Source: an uncultured delta proteobacterium
GTDB taxonomy: Bacteria > Myxococcota_A > Polyangia > Fen-1088
DNA: 64,000 bases
Direction of reading: 5' to 3'
Assembly (NCBI GenBank): GCA_963737265.1
Contig: CAVTRY010000012.1
Coordinates: 96,001 to 160,000, forward strand
This document shows, piece by piece, positions 29,804 to 43,300 of the stretch. Under the pieces are notes generated by a model. The model was given only the letters and a program-made list of their open reading frames with translations. It had not been told where the DNA came from and did not search any database. Numbering within the stretch: position 1 is the stretch's first letter; every line of letters starts with the position of its first letter. Position numbers and translations under genes: made by a program.

Positions 29804-31318
29804 CTACTTGAGAATCACGCCGTAGCGGTCGAGCACCTCGGCGGTGGCGGAGGAGAGCGCCACTTCGGATTCGTTCTCGTCGACGTTGGCGCGCAGAAGG
29901 CGCGTCTCGGCGTCCTTGAGCTCTTGCTGGCGGAGAAGAACGTCGTTGTTGGTTGCCCGGCCGACCTGGAAGCGCGCTTTCTCCGCGTCGAGATTCTGCT
30001 CCGCGAAGGCGACCTCTTGTTGGCCAAGCTCGACGCGCTTGGCGGCGGTGTGGATGCTCCTGGCCGTGCGCAAGACCAGGTCGCGCACTTGCACGGCGAA
30101 GTCCTCGGCGTCGATGCGCGACAGGTTGAGCTCTTCCTCCGCCGCGCGCATCTGTCCTCGCGCCACTCGGTTTTCAATCGGCATTTCAAATGCGAGCCCG
30201 GCCGACCACGCAAGATCGTCGAATCCTGCCATCTGCCCGAGCGAATCGCGAAGACCTAGCTTGCGCCCGACGGGCCCCGCCGAACCGGTGAAATCGAGCT
30301 TGGGACGCAGCGTACTTCGCGCCGTCGCGATGTCGGCCTGGGAGAGCCGGATGCCAAGCCTCAGCGCTCGCAGTTGCGGATTGGCCTCGATCGCGCGCGC
30401 GATTTCGGCGGCAGGATCGACGTTCGGCGCACTCGACGCAGGCGCGTCGGCAGCCGCCAGCATGGGAAGGGTTACATCCCCCGGCACGCCGAACAGCCGC
30501 TGCAGGTCCAGGCTGCGAAAGTAGAGATTCTGCTCGGCGATGGCCAAGTCTTCCCGGCGCTGAGCGATGGCACGCTCGACCGACGCGGAATCCGTGATGG
30601 CCAGGCGGCCCGCATCGATGAGGGCCTTGGTGATGCGCAACTGTTCTTGCGCAAGCCCCACGGCCGAACGCTTGATGGCGAGATCCTGCGTGGCATAGGC
30701 CAACTCCCAATACGCCACCACGACGTCGCGAACCACGTTGCACGCGCGCATCTGCCGATTGAGCTGCACCACGTCCTGCTGGATGCGCGCTTTGCGCAGG
30801 TTGGCCAGTGTGACCTCAGCCCCAAATCCGCGCAGCAAGGGGTGGGTGAAGCTCAGCGCCAGGTTGCTGGTATAGAAAGATCCGGAATACACCTCCGCGG
30901 TCGGATCCGAAGTGAGCGTCATGGATGCAACTCGACTGGCCAGGCCGGATAGTCTTAGCGTTCCTCCGCTTTCGAGATTGCGCGACAGCCCCAATCCGAA
31001 CGACGTCGTCGTGCTCCTACCGGCAGCCACATCCTCACACTCTGGAAAACTACACAGTGGCGGCGTCACCTCGTGCTTGGTTCCGAGCTCCGAATCGAGC
31101 AGCACATCGAACTGCCCTTCGGCAGCGACCTGGTTGGCGGCGGCTTTCGCGACCGCGACCCGTTCGCGGCGCAGGTCGGCGTTGCCGGCCAAGGCACGCT
31201 CCACGGTTTGCATAAGAGAGATGGGTTTTGCGTCGTCGGCGACTGCTCTCCTCGCAAGGTACATCCAGCAACCGAGCGCCAGCCCAACCACGACGCCAGT
31301 GCGCCTGCCTCGCTTCAT
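29804..31318 (-). CDS. TolC-family outer membrane protein
   Basis: Signal peptide, two OEP repeats (PLLRGFG, AYWEL, AEKARFQVG). Confidence 0.88.
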   Translation of the reverse strand: MKRGRRTGVVVGLALGCWMYLARRAVADDAKPISLMQTVERALAGNADLRRERVAVAKAAANQVAAEGQFDVLLDSELGTKHEVTPPLCSFPECEDVAAGRSTTTSFGLGLSRNLESGGTLRLSGLASRVASMTLTSDPTAEVYSGSFYTSNLALSFTHPLLRGFGAEVTLANLRKARIQQDVVQLNRQMRACNVVRDVVVAYWELAYATQDLAIKRSAVGLAQEQLRITKALIDAGRLAITDSASVERAIAQRREDLAIAEQNLYFRSLDLQRLFGVPGDVTLPMLAAADAPASSAPNVDPAAEIARAIEANPQLRALRLGIRLSQADIATARSTLRPKLDFTGSAGPVGRKLGLRDSLGQMAGFDDLAWSAGLAFEMPIENRVARGQMRAAEEELNLSRIDAEDFAVQVRDLVLRTARSIHTAAKRVELGQQEVAFAEQNLDAEKARFQVGRATNNDVLLRQQELKDAETRLLRANVDENESEVALSSATAEVLDRYGVILK

Positions 31319-31977
31319 CGCAGGGTGTCCCCGCCGTTCAGGATGCCGCGGACGAAGTCCGGACGAAGGTAGAATCCGCACTTTCCAAGCAGAACGGGTT
31401 TCCCGTCGGGACCAAACGCAGGACACAGATCGGCGGAATTTCGCGCCTTCGGCCGCACTTGCATAACTTTGCCAAGGTGCCCCGTGATCTCCGCCGCGCG
31501 TCCCATGCGGAAGTAGTTTCGCACGAAAAGCTCGAAATCCGCGCGCAAGGATCCTTCTTCATCCGGCGACGGCGTCCACAGCCGGACCGCCACCACGCGC
31601 CGCTGGCCCACCGAACGGCTGCCTGCTGGTATTTCGAGAGCGATGAACAGCACGCGCGCCAACTTCGTGCGCACGTAGCTGGTTGGCCAGGACTCGCCCG
31701 CGATGGCGACTGGATCGATGTGGCACACGGCGGTCGATTCCAGCGGAGCCAACCCCTCACGAACTGGCACAGTCTTGAGCTCGATGCCGAGCGCGGCGAA
31801 ATCCGGGCCGTGGGCGGCGCCGTCCCCTGCTCCGAGCTCGCGTTCGATGATCTGACCGGCCCACCCCTTGGTCTTCACCGCGCCCACCGGCACCGGCAGA
31901 CCCAATCCATCGGCAAGCTCGGCCAGTGTGGCTCCGAGCAATGCCCGGGCATGGCGAAGCAGACCCTCGTGGCTCAT
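31315..31977 (-). CDS. mutH: MutH/Sau3AI-family endonuclease
   Basis: KGWAGQIIERELGA...PDFAALGIELKTVPV...PLESTAVC and MQVRPKARNS...GFYLRPDF follow the MutH motif order. Confidence 0.85.
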   Translation of the reverse strand: MSHEGLLRHARALLGATLAELADGLGLPVPVGAVKTKGWAGQIIERELGAGDGAAHGPDFAALGIELKTVPVREGLAPLESTAVCHIDPVAIAGESWPTSYVRTKLARVLFIALEIPAGSRSVGQRRVVAVRLWTPSPDEEGSLRADFELFVRNYFRMGRAAEITGHLGKVMQVRPKARNSADLCPAFGPDGKPVLLGKCGFYLRPDFVRGILNGGDTLR

Positions 31978-32007
31978 GGCTGGCGTGTTCGCCAGAGCCC
32001 CGGAAAC

Positions 32008-32170
32008 CTAGAGCACCGAACGGGTTGCCGGACCGAGTGAAATTGCGCAGTTGCGAGCGGCCCGAGGCGCGAGGAGGGAAGATACTCGACGTATCTGACC
32101 GACGAGCAACGAAGGGACGCGACGCAAATGAGCGATTTCACGACGGGAGTCAACCCGTTCGGTGCTCTAG
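32008..32170. mobile_element. MITE-like element B
   Basis: Perfect 20-bp inverted repeat CTAGAGCACCGAACGGGTTG at both ends, including the flanking CTAG; core shared with element A. Confidence 0.75.
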
Positions 32171-33090
32171 AACCTTCCCCGCGCCGCCAGGCCGCCGCCA
32201 CTCGGAAGCCAGAGGAAGCTGACCGAGGAATCGTCGTTGCTCGACGAGGAAGAGCCACCCGAGCGAAGGATGAGAAATGTGTCGACCGCAGCGCCCACGA
32301 GGGCTACGCCAAACATCGCATAGGACGTGTAGGCCAAGGGCGGCGCGGCGTTACATTCGGTGTTGGCAGTCGCCAAACGATTGTTGGACGCATCGCTGTT
32401 GCACGCGTTCATTTTGCTGCGTGCGGCGACGTTGAGCGCGATGCCGACCGCGAGCGCGGCCGCGCTGGTACCGCCGATGACCCATTCCGCAACGTGGGAA
32501 GCACCCTGCGCTTGGGCTTCGGGCTCCGCGGGTCGAGTGGCCTCGGCCATGGGCGCCGGCTGCGGCTCGGGCGGCGGCGTCAGCTCCTCTTGCGCCGGTT
32601 GCGCCGGCTCGGCGGGTTCGGCCGGCTTCTCTGCGGTCGTCTCGGCCGCGGGCGTTTCCGTCGCCGGCGCCGTTGCGGCCTCTTTTGCGGCGGCGATCTT
32701 CTCTTCAAGGGTCGCGACCTTGGTTTTGACGTCTTCCTTATCGGTCGCGTCCGGCTTGAGCGTAAGATAGGCCTTGTACATCTTGAGCGACAGGTCGTAG
32801 TCGCCGCTGCGCTCGGCCACGCGCCCGAGGTTGTAGGCGGTGAAGGGGTGCGCAAGCATCTTGTACGAACAGGCATATGCACGGGTTGCCTCGGCGTCGT
32901 TGCCGGCGTTCTCCGCGGCCTCGGCGGTACCGAACCATTCCTTGGCCAATCTTCGGCGCTCCTGCGGATCTTCGGGGGACGACGCTGGGCACTCCGCGGC
33001 GCGCGCGGCAGTGGGGCCGAACAGCAAGATCCCGAACGAGATTGCTGCGAGAGCTCGAGGAAGTCGATGTGCGATGCGCGTGTTTTTCAT
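32167..33090 (-). CDS. Exported TPR-like protein with C-terminal hydrophobic domain (myxobacterial type)
   Basis: Signal peptide, TPR-like AYNLGRVAE...YKAYL, Pro/Glu linker, C-terminal AARGRF. Confidence 0.7.
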   Translation of the reverse strand: MKNTRIAHRLPRALAAISFGILLFGPTAARAAECPASSPEDPQERRRLAKEWFGTAEAAENAGNDAEATRAYACSYKMLAHPFTAYNLGRVAERSGDYDLSLKMYKAYLTLKPDATDKEDVKTKVATLEEKIAAAKEAATAPATETPAAETTAEKPAEPAEPAQPAQEELTPPPEPQPAPMAEATRPAEPEAQAQGASHVAEWVIGGTSAAALAVGIALNVAARSKMNACNSDASNNRLATANTECNAAPPLAYTSYAMFGVALVGAAVDTFLILRSGGSSSSSNDDSSVSFLWLPSGGGLAARGRF

Positions 33091-33355
33091 GACAGTGCTA
33101 CGGGGTTAAAAGGGGGTTAGGTCGTATCTCTTTGTTCTTTTCCACCAGTCGACCCATCGTTGTTCGGAGTGTCACCCAGGCTGGTGCTGGCTGACGGCTC
33201 AGCTTCATCCTGGCGACGTAGTATCGCGCGTTTTTGCGCTGACGTCGTTCTGTTTTTTTTCCTTGCGACTCGGGAGCTGAAACCTGAAGCCTCATGACGG
33301 GACTGCTTAATCGTCGCGCCACGCGAAAAAGCTCGGGGCTGTGGCTCAGGCGATC

Positions 33356-35255
33356 TCAGGGCGTGTTGGCAACACGAGAGGCAGCCCACGATCCAGGGAC
33401 CACGAAGCTGGCGGTACGCGATCGAATCTCGGCCGACCACAGACCTGGGCCGGCCGCGGATCCGCCGACGCCACTTGCCAGCCCGAGGGCATCGACTTGG
33501 CCATTTCCGTCGAGGTCGACCACGGGGGCTAGGCCGGAGAGGAAAAAGTCGAGACCGTCGCCATCCAGGTTGGCAAAAGCCCCCGACAGGCTTGTCCCCA
33601 GGGCAGCGAGCCCCGACTTACAAGCGACCACCAAACAGCCTCGCGGTTGCTGAATCTCGTCACAGACCGCGGCGTTCGAGCGCGCTGCAACCGGTCAGGA
33701 GCGTGCCGCGATTGCTCAGCTGGGCCAGGCCAAAGATGAAGGTGACCAGGCTGCCGGCATCGGACGCACCCCGCGGCGCGAGACTGCTGTCTTCGAACGC
33801 GTAGCGCGCGGACGTGCCAAGCCGCAGCGTGAAGCCGTGCTCGGGGATCGTGATCTGATCCTTCTTGAGGGTGGCGAGAATCCAGGAGGCGGTCGTCTCG
33901 GTCAGGCCGAGCACGGAGGTCGGGAACGAGTTGGGGGCGGGCGCATCGGGAAAGGTCAAGCCGCCAAGGGCGTGACTCACAAAGTAGCTGTTGGTGGGAC
34001 TTGCTTGCGTCACGGTCAGCACCGAATCGAGGCGAACACGGTCAAGGAGCGTGGCGATTTCCGTGGGGAATGCGCCGAGGTTGGCGCTGATAAGCCGAGC
34101 TCGTGCTCCGGAAAACAGGGCATCGACGGTGACCTCGAGGCTGGTTCGGCCAGCGCTGTCGGTACTGTCGTGACACGGGGTATCGGTTGCGCTGGCGACC
34201 GTTCCCGAAAGCGGTGCCACCGTCTTGCCCCGGTGAGCAAGGATCAGGGCGCCCAAGGTCCCTCCGGCGCCCGGCACGGGAATGCAATCGTTGGGAGCCG
34301 TGGCCGCATCCGACGCCAGCGCGGCGATCGTGCAATCGAGCCACAGCCGGGCGGGGTCGAGCGGGCAGCGCGCCCATTGCTGCCACGCGGATTGAATCAG
34401 GACCGTGGCCGAAAGCGGCGACGCGAACCCGAAGCTAGAAACCGCCTGGTAGGTTCCAAGCGGCACCGGAAACAGGTGATCCATGTAGAGGGTGGCCTGA
34501 ATGGTTTGCGATTCGAGCAACGAGGGGCCCGGCACGTCGACGCAGCCGCCAATGCGCACGATGTTGCTACTGTCCGTTGCCTGGCCCACCACGGCGCTGT
34601 TGCCCTGGGCCGCAACGCCGAAAAATACCAGCGACGAACCGATGGCGATGGGGACGTGCGGTGGGCGCGGCCGATTGGGAGCGACGTTCAGGTTGTTGAG
34701 GTCGAGCAGGGAACACGTCGTGTTGTCGAAGAAAAGCAAACGTGTGGCGGTCAGGGTTTCCGATCCAAGAAGAGCGTAGGCAGGCACGGGAAGGATGGCC
34801 ACGGAATAGGCGTTCGTGGTTACCAAGATATCGGCCACGGCCGACGCGCATTCCTGGCAGGAAGCACGAAGGACGAGAGTCACGGGGCTATTGTCGCTGG
34901 CGAGGTTGCCGGCGATGACTTCGAGCTCCACGCCGCCGTTGCTGTCGGTCAGGGCCTGGTCCGTCGAAAGCTGCGCTCCCGTCACCCCGCCATCGCTGGC
35001 GGCGCTGGCGATGGAAAAATCGACGAGGTAATCGGGAATCGGCAAATTCTGACCGTCGCGCAGGACAAATTGAAGACGACCGCTGCCTGCGGGGCGGATG
35101 ACCAGCGAGTCGGGGGTGGCGCTCAAGGAAAGGCCGCTCGGAGGCGCGCCATCGGCAAGCTGCACCGGCGAGTTGGATCGGCAGCTGGTTGCGCCAACGG
35201 CAACCAGAAGGCAGACGCCACTCGTGGCAGCCCAAACGTGCATGACACGGCTCAT
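33356..35255 (-). CDS. Large secreted lipoprotein with Ig-like N-terminus, apparent frameshift at ~33675
   Basis: Signal peptide plus Cys; removing one base at 33675-6 reads LDAAVCDEIQQPRGCLVVACKSG into the 33356-33634 ORF. Confidence 0.65.
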
Positions 35256-35337
35256 CGGCTCACCGACGGAGTTTACGCTATCACGAGTTGCCCACGTTGA
35301 CCTTCGTTCGTCGCGCGAGTAAACCCCTGGGACAAGC

Positions 35338-38925
<3,588 letters not shown>

Positions 38926-38938
38926 GAAGATATCCAGC

Positions 38939-39337
38939 ATGTTTCGCTCTATCGCTGTCGCGACGTTGTTTGCCGCACTGTTCGCATCCCAAGTCTTTTC
39001 AGCCGACGGGCTGGCACCACCCCCGGGCTACAAGCCCGACAAGAAAACCATCCGACTGTTCGAGGCGAAGTGCGCGACTTGCCACGGCGAGGATGGTCGC
39101 GCGAAGACCGAGCTCGGCCAAGAAATGGCCGTCGCGGACATGACCCGGGTGGCGTACTGGAAAAATCTGACGCTCGAAAGCGCGCGCAAATCGGTGATGG
39201 ACGGCATTAAGCGTACCTCCAAAGGTCTGGACGGCAAGGAGGCCGGAAAGGAACAAGAAATGAAGCCTTTCCGCGACCGGCTCGCGCCCGAGCAGATCGA
39301 CGCTCTCAATCTTTACGCATCTTCCTTCAAGAAGTAG
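38939..39337 (+). CDS. Monohaem cytochrome c
   Basis: Signal peptide, CATCH haem motif, distal Met (EMKPF). Confidence 0.88.
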   Translation: MFRSIAVATLFAALFASQVFSADGLAPPPGYKPDKKTIRLFEAKCATCHGEDGRAKTELGQEMAVADMTRVAYWKNLTLESARKSVMDGIKRTSKGLDGKEAGKEQEMKPFRDRLAPEQIDALNLYASSFKK

Positions 39338-39405
39338 CCGCGGCCAGGCCGGATGCCTGTTACACTGGGACTCAGGACTTACGAGGAGGCCGCGAGTAGC
39401 ACATC

Positions 39406-39912
39406 ATGGCGACCCCAGGGGTAGGCGAGGACATTGAGGACATTTGCACACGTTGTGGCGACACCTGGCACGTCGTCATGGCCAAGCTCGGCGATCGGGT
39501 CGCCAAAGTTGTATGCAAACTTTGCGGCAGCCAGCACAACTACCGCGGCGAGAAAAATGCGAAGGCGCCCACATCGGGGCCAAGCTCATGGGGACGGCCG
39601 CGCCGACGCAAGCCGGGCCGCGGTTCCGAAACGGCCGCGGCACCGACCCCCGACTTCGACCCCAGCAAACCACCGCGCGGCTACTCGCCTAAGGACACCT
39701 ATTTCCCGGGCGAACGCGTGATCCACGCGACCTTCGGCATCGGCGTGGTGGCGGCAGTACCCGGCCCCGGTAAGGTTGACGTGCAATTTCCCGCCGGCGC
39801 GCGAACCCTGGCCTGCGCCAAGGCAGCTTCCGCACTTGAGCGACCGATCGCGGTGGTCAACCTCGCGGTTCCCGACAGCCCCGGACCCAAGGCTGGATCC
39901 AGCGGCGCCTAG
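39406..39912 (+). CDS. Zn-ribbon protein with C-terminal Tudor/CarD-like domain
   Basis: CTRC...CKLC; GERVIHATFGIGVV. Confidence 0.75.
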   Translation: MATPGVGEDIEDICTRCGDTWHVVMAKLGDRVAKVVCKLCGSQHNYRGEKNAKAPTSGPSSWGRPRRRKPGRGSETAAAPTPDFDPSKPPRGYSPKDTYFPGERVIHATFGIGVVAAVPGPGKVDVQFPAGARTLACAKAASALERPIAVVNLAVPDSPGPKAGSSGA

Positions 39913-39923
39913 CCGCAGTCGTC

Positions 39924-41315
39924 GTGGCAACCGCCAAGCTTCCGCGTCCCGGCGACGAGCTCGAAGCCACTTGCGCCAGTCTCGACGAGGATGGTGCCGG
40001 CGTGGCAGATGTCCCGGCCGGCCCGGAAACCTTGCGCGTGCATGTGCAAGGCGCCCTGCCCGGCGAGCGAGTGCGCGCGCGCATCGACCATGTGTCCGTG
40101 CACCTGCGCGCCGGAGTGCGCGAGGCGTGGGCCGAAACGCGCGAAGTGCTGATTTCGTCGCCCCACCGCGTGGCACCGTTCTGTCCGAAGCAAGGGCCGT
40201 GCGGGAGTTGCCCGCTCATCCTCGCCTATCCGGCACAGCTTGCGTGGAAACGCGAGCGCGTGCGGGAGTCGCTGGCCGAGTATCCTGGGCTAGCCGAGGT
40301 TGCGGTCGAGCCCTGCGTCCCGTCGCCGCGCACCACCGGCTACCGCAATCAAGCCAAGTATGTCTACGGCCGCGCCCAGCATTCGGGCCGGCCGATTCTT
40401 GGCGCGTACGCCCCGCGATCTCACGCCATCGTCGATTTGTCGGGCTGCCACGTGGTCGAACCGGTGCTCGATGAAGTTCGAAAGACGTTGCTCGAAATTC
40501 TCCTCGCCAAGGTCGTCGAGCCGTTCGACGAGGTTCGACGAACTGGTGTCCTCCGTTACGTCGTCATGCGAGCGACGCTTTCGCATCAGGCGCTGGTCAC
40601 ACTCGTGGCAGCGCGCTCCGACTGGAAGGACGCCGACGCTGTCGCGACCGCGCTGGCCGAGCAGTGCCACGCGCTGGCCGGCGTCGTCCTCAATGTGAAC
40701 CCCACCGCCGGCAACAAGCTCTTCGGCGACGACGAGCGCCTTCTCTTCGGCCAAGCCACCGTGGACGACGAAATCGGCGACGTGCGCGTGCGACTGTCTT
40801 CCCGTTCTTTCTTCCAAGCCAACCGCGAGCTCGCGTCCCGGATCTACCGCGATCTCGTAGCCGCCGTCCCCGTGTCCGTCGGCCGCGCCGTCGACGTCTA
40901 CGCTGGCGCAGGCGGCATTGCCCTTTCGCTCGCGCCCATCGCACACGAAGTCGTGGCCATCGAGGAGAATATGGCGGCTACCGATGTCGCTCGGACCTTC
41001 ATCGCCGAACAAACGGCACTGGGCGAGCGCGTGCGCATCGTGACCGGAGATGCCGCCGCTTGCCTCGCACAGGTCAGCACCGCCGATCTGGTCGTGCTCA
41101 ATCCCCCGCGCAAAGGCTGCTCCGCCCAGGTCCTCGCGGCCGTGCAGCGCCTTCGCCCCAAGCATCTGTTCTATCTCAGTTGCGATCCGCGCACCCTCTC
41201 CCGCGATCTCGCCGCGCTCGTGCGCGCGGGCGCGACGGTGACACGAGTAACCCCCTACGACATGATGCCGCACACACCACACGTGGAGACGTTGGCGGTG
41301 TTGCGAATCAATTGA
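39924..41315 (+). CDS. rlmD: 23S rRNA m5U methyltransferase (RlmD/RumA)
   Basis: TRAM domain ALPGE, C-x5-CGSC cluster, YRN, SFFQAN, NPPRKG, YLSCDP, MMPHTPHVE. Confidence 0.92.
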   Translation: MATAKLPRPGDELEATCASLDEDGAGVADVPAGPETLRVHVQGALPGERVRARIDHVSVHLRAGVREAWAETREVLISSPHRVAPFCPKQGPCGSCPLILAYPAQLAWKRERVRESLAEYPGLAEVAVEPCVPSPRTTGYRNQAKYVYGRAQHSGRPILGAYAPRSHAIVDLSGCHVVEPVLDEVRKTLLEILLAKVVEPFDEVRRTGVLRYVVMRATLSHQALVTLVAARSDWKDADAVATALAEQCHALAGVVLNVNPTAGNKLFGDDERLLFGQATVDDEIGDVRVRLSSRSFFQANRELASRIYRDLVAAVPVSVGRAVDVYAGAGGIALSLAPIAHEVVAIEENMAATDVARTFIAEQTALGERVRIVTGDAAACLAQVSTADLVVLNPPRKGCSAQVLAAVQRLRPKHLFYLSCDPRTLSRDLAALVRAGATVTRVTPYDMMPHTPHVETLAVLRIN

Positions 41316-41622
41316 GCGCCGTCAGCCGGACAGCGCGGAAGCCACCGCTAAGGCGCGCACGTTCCCTGGGTGCAATTCTGGGTTCCCATCCCGGCGTCGT
41401 CCAGGGGGCCGATGACCTTGGAGAGCCAGCAAGCGGCGTCGATGGTGGTCGGAGCACCGCCGGTGCAAGTCATGGTGACCTTCGAGCTTCCAACGCCGAT
41501 GGTCGAGCTGGCGATCTCATTTCCCGTGGAGTCGCGGGGTTGCAGGCAAGGGTAGGGTCGAAAACCGGACATCCGCCTCGTCCCGCGGTAGTCTTACGGG
41601 CTCGCCGATCCAAAGGAACCTA

Positions 41623-42207
41623 ATGGACACTACGAGCTTGCTTGCGAAAGTGGATGCCGGAATTTCGAACCACGAAGCGACATTCCGGTTTGCCAAGGGC
41701 CGGGCACTGACCCATGCGGTTCTCTATGGACTCTTGGGAGTGACCATCGTCGCCTTCGCGATTGTGCTCGCCCCCAGCGTAGATCGGAAGGCGGGCGGTG
41801 TCCTGTACGGTGCCATGGCAGTGGCCGGTCTGATTGTGCTGTCGGCGCTCTGGCGCAGCCTCGGTCGCTTTCTGGACTATCGGTGGGCTGATACGAACGT
41901 CTTGGTCGTCACGGCCGAGGGAGTCGTTCGGCGGCTGCGCGGCCACGTGCGTGCGTGGCCGTTCTCGGAATATCCGGAGCTCCAGGTCGTGGCGATAGGC
42001 CGCCACACGGGCACGAAGATTTATCACGTGCCGTTGCGACCGCTCGGCTTCTCCGGCGACGCCTACCCATTTGCTGGCGGCTTCGAATCCATCTACCTCA
42101 ACCAGGAAGGCGGTAGCTTCCAGCATGAGATCGTCGACGATGACTCGTTCGGGCCCATGCAGGACATCGCCCTCGCCATCGTCGAGCGCGCACGGACATC
42201 CCAGTAA
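41623..42207 (+). CDS. Hypothetical membrane protein
   Basis: AAAGGA RBS, 194-aa ORF with two TM helices. Confidence 0.65.
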   Translation: MDTTSLLAKVDAGISNHEATFRFAKGRALTHAVLYGLLGVTIVAFAIVLAPSVDRKAGGVLYGAMAVAGLIVLSALWRSLGRFLDYRWADTNVLVVTAEGVVRRLRGHVRAWPFSEYPELQVVAIGRHTGTKIYHVPLRPLGFSGDAYPFAGGFESIYLNQEGGSFQHEIVDDDSFGPMQDIALAIVERARTSQ

Positions 42208-42239
42208 GGCTCCAGCGACTGGCTCCCACGGTCCGGGCC

Positions 42240-42370
42240 GCTCGGACTCTTCCATCGGCCTCTTCCCGCCCGAGAAGCCGCGTGCTTCGATTAGAGCAAG
42301 GGCTTGCTGAGCCAGAGCAAGGTCAGCCGCGGTCGCCACACCGGAAAGCGCCCGCAGGTCTGCTGGCGCC
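42240..42370 (-). pseudogene. Gene remnant resembling a nucleotidyltransferase C-terminus
   Basis: ADLRALSGVATAADLALAQQALALIEARGF without an N-terminal part; recognised by eye only. Confidence 0.3.
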
Positions 42371-42415
42371 GTGCTTTTCGCCCTGATGCGTGCGCGAATC
42401 ATTCGTCGCAGGGGT

Positions 42416-42491
42416 GGCCGTGCGGGAGTCGCCCGCTCATCCTCGCCTATCCCTCCTATCCGGCACAGCCTGCGTGGAAACGCGAGCGCGT
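42416..42491 (+). repeat. Displaced copy of an internal rlmD segment (40195-40261)
   Basis: ggccgtgcgggagtYgcccgctcatcctcgcctatcc...ggcacagcYtgcgtggaaacgcgagcgcgt, with a 9-bp internal insertion. Confidence 0.85.
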
Positions 42492-42508
42492 CAGAATAGA
42501 CTATTACC

Positions 42509-43300
42509 CTAGCCGCCGGCCGCAGCCGCGGCTTGCGCGCTCTTGAGCCGCTCGGCGCGCTGCGGCGCTTGGCGGAGGATCACGGCGCCCACCACGACCA
42601 GTAGTACGGAACCATACTGGCCGGGTGTGAAGCCGAAGTAGCGCGCGTCGTCCCAGCGTAGGAAATCGAGCAGGAACCGCACGGGCGCGTAGGCGACGGC
42701 GAGCAGGCCCACGTAGAACCCCGGCGGGCGCGGCTTGCCGCGGCCGAGCCACTGGAAGAGGAGCACCAAGGGCACGGTGTAGAGAGCTTCGTCGAGGCCG
42801 AGGTTGTGGCGAACGACGTGGTCGGTGTAGCGCTCGGCGAGGAAAAAGCTGGTGGAAAAGCCCGGGTGATCGAAGGCCACGGCACAGCCCATGCGGCCGA
42901 AGAGCCAGGCGGGCGGAAAGGCGTAGGCGATGAGATCGAGATAGCGCCAGCCGAGGACGCCGGTGCGCTGCTGGTGCACGAACCACACCGCGACCGCGGT
43001 GCCGCCGATGAAACCGCCGAACGAGCTGATGCTCTCCCAGATGTAGAGCAGGCTCAGCGGGTTCTCGACGACGTCGCGCGGGAAGTAGGCGATGCGATCG
43101 AACACGTGGGCGACGATAAAGCCAATGACGACCATGCGCATGGCCAGGCGCTCGGCCAGCACCGGATCCAGTCCCAACATCGGCGCGCGCCGGCGAATGA
43201 TACGGAACGCGAGCAGGATGCCGGTGGCCACCAGCGCGCCGAAGGCGTGGATGGTGATGGGGCCGAGATGAAGACTGGGTTGGGCGAAGTAGGGAATCAC
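42509..43300 (-). CDS. lgt: Prolipoprotein diacylglyceryl transferase
   Basis: LGPITIHAFG, ISSFGGFIG, FGRMGC..DHPG, RFLLDFLR. Confidence 0.88.
   Translation of the reverse strand: MIPYFAQPSLHLGPITIHAFGALVATGILLAFRIIRRRAPMLGLDPVLAERLAMRMVVIGFIVAHVFDRIAYFPRDVVENPLSLLYIWESISSFGGFIGGTAVAVWFVHQQRTGVLGWRYLDLIAYAFPPAWLFGRMGCAVAFDHPGFSTSFFLAERYTDHVVRHNLGLDEALYTVPLVLLFQWLGRGKPRPPGFYVGLLAVAYAPVRFLLDFLRWDDARYFGFTPGQYGSVLLVVVGAVILRQAPQRAERLKSAQAAAAAGG

Noticed and set aside
41348-41572. 74-aa Cys-containing ORF
   Set aside because: Looks like the C-terminal remnant of an exported protein; no reliable start or family
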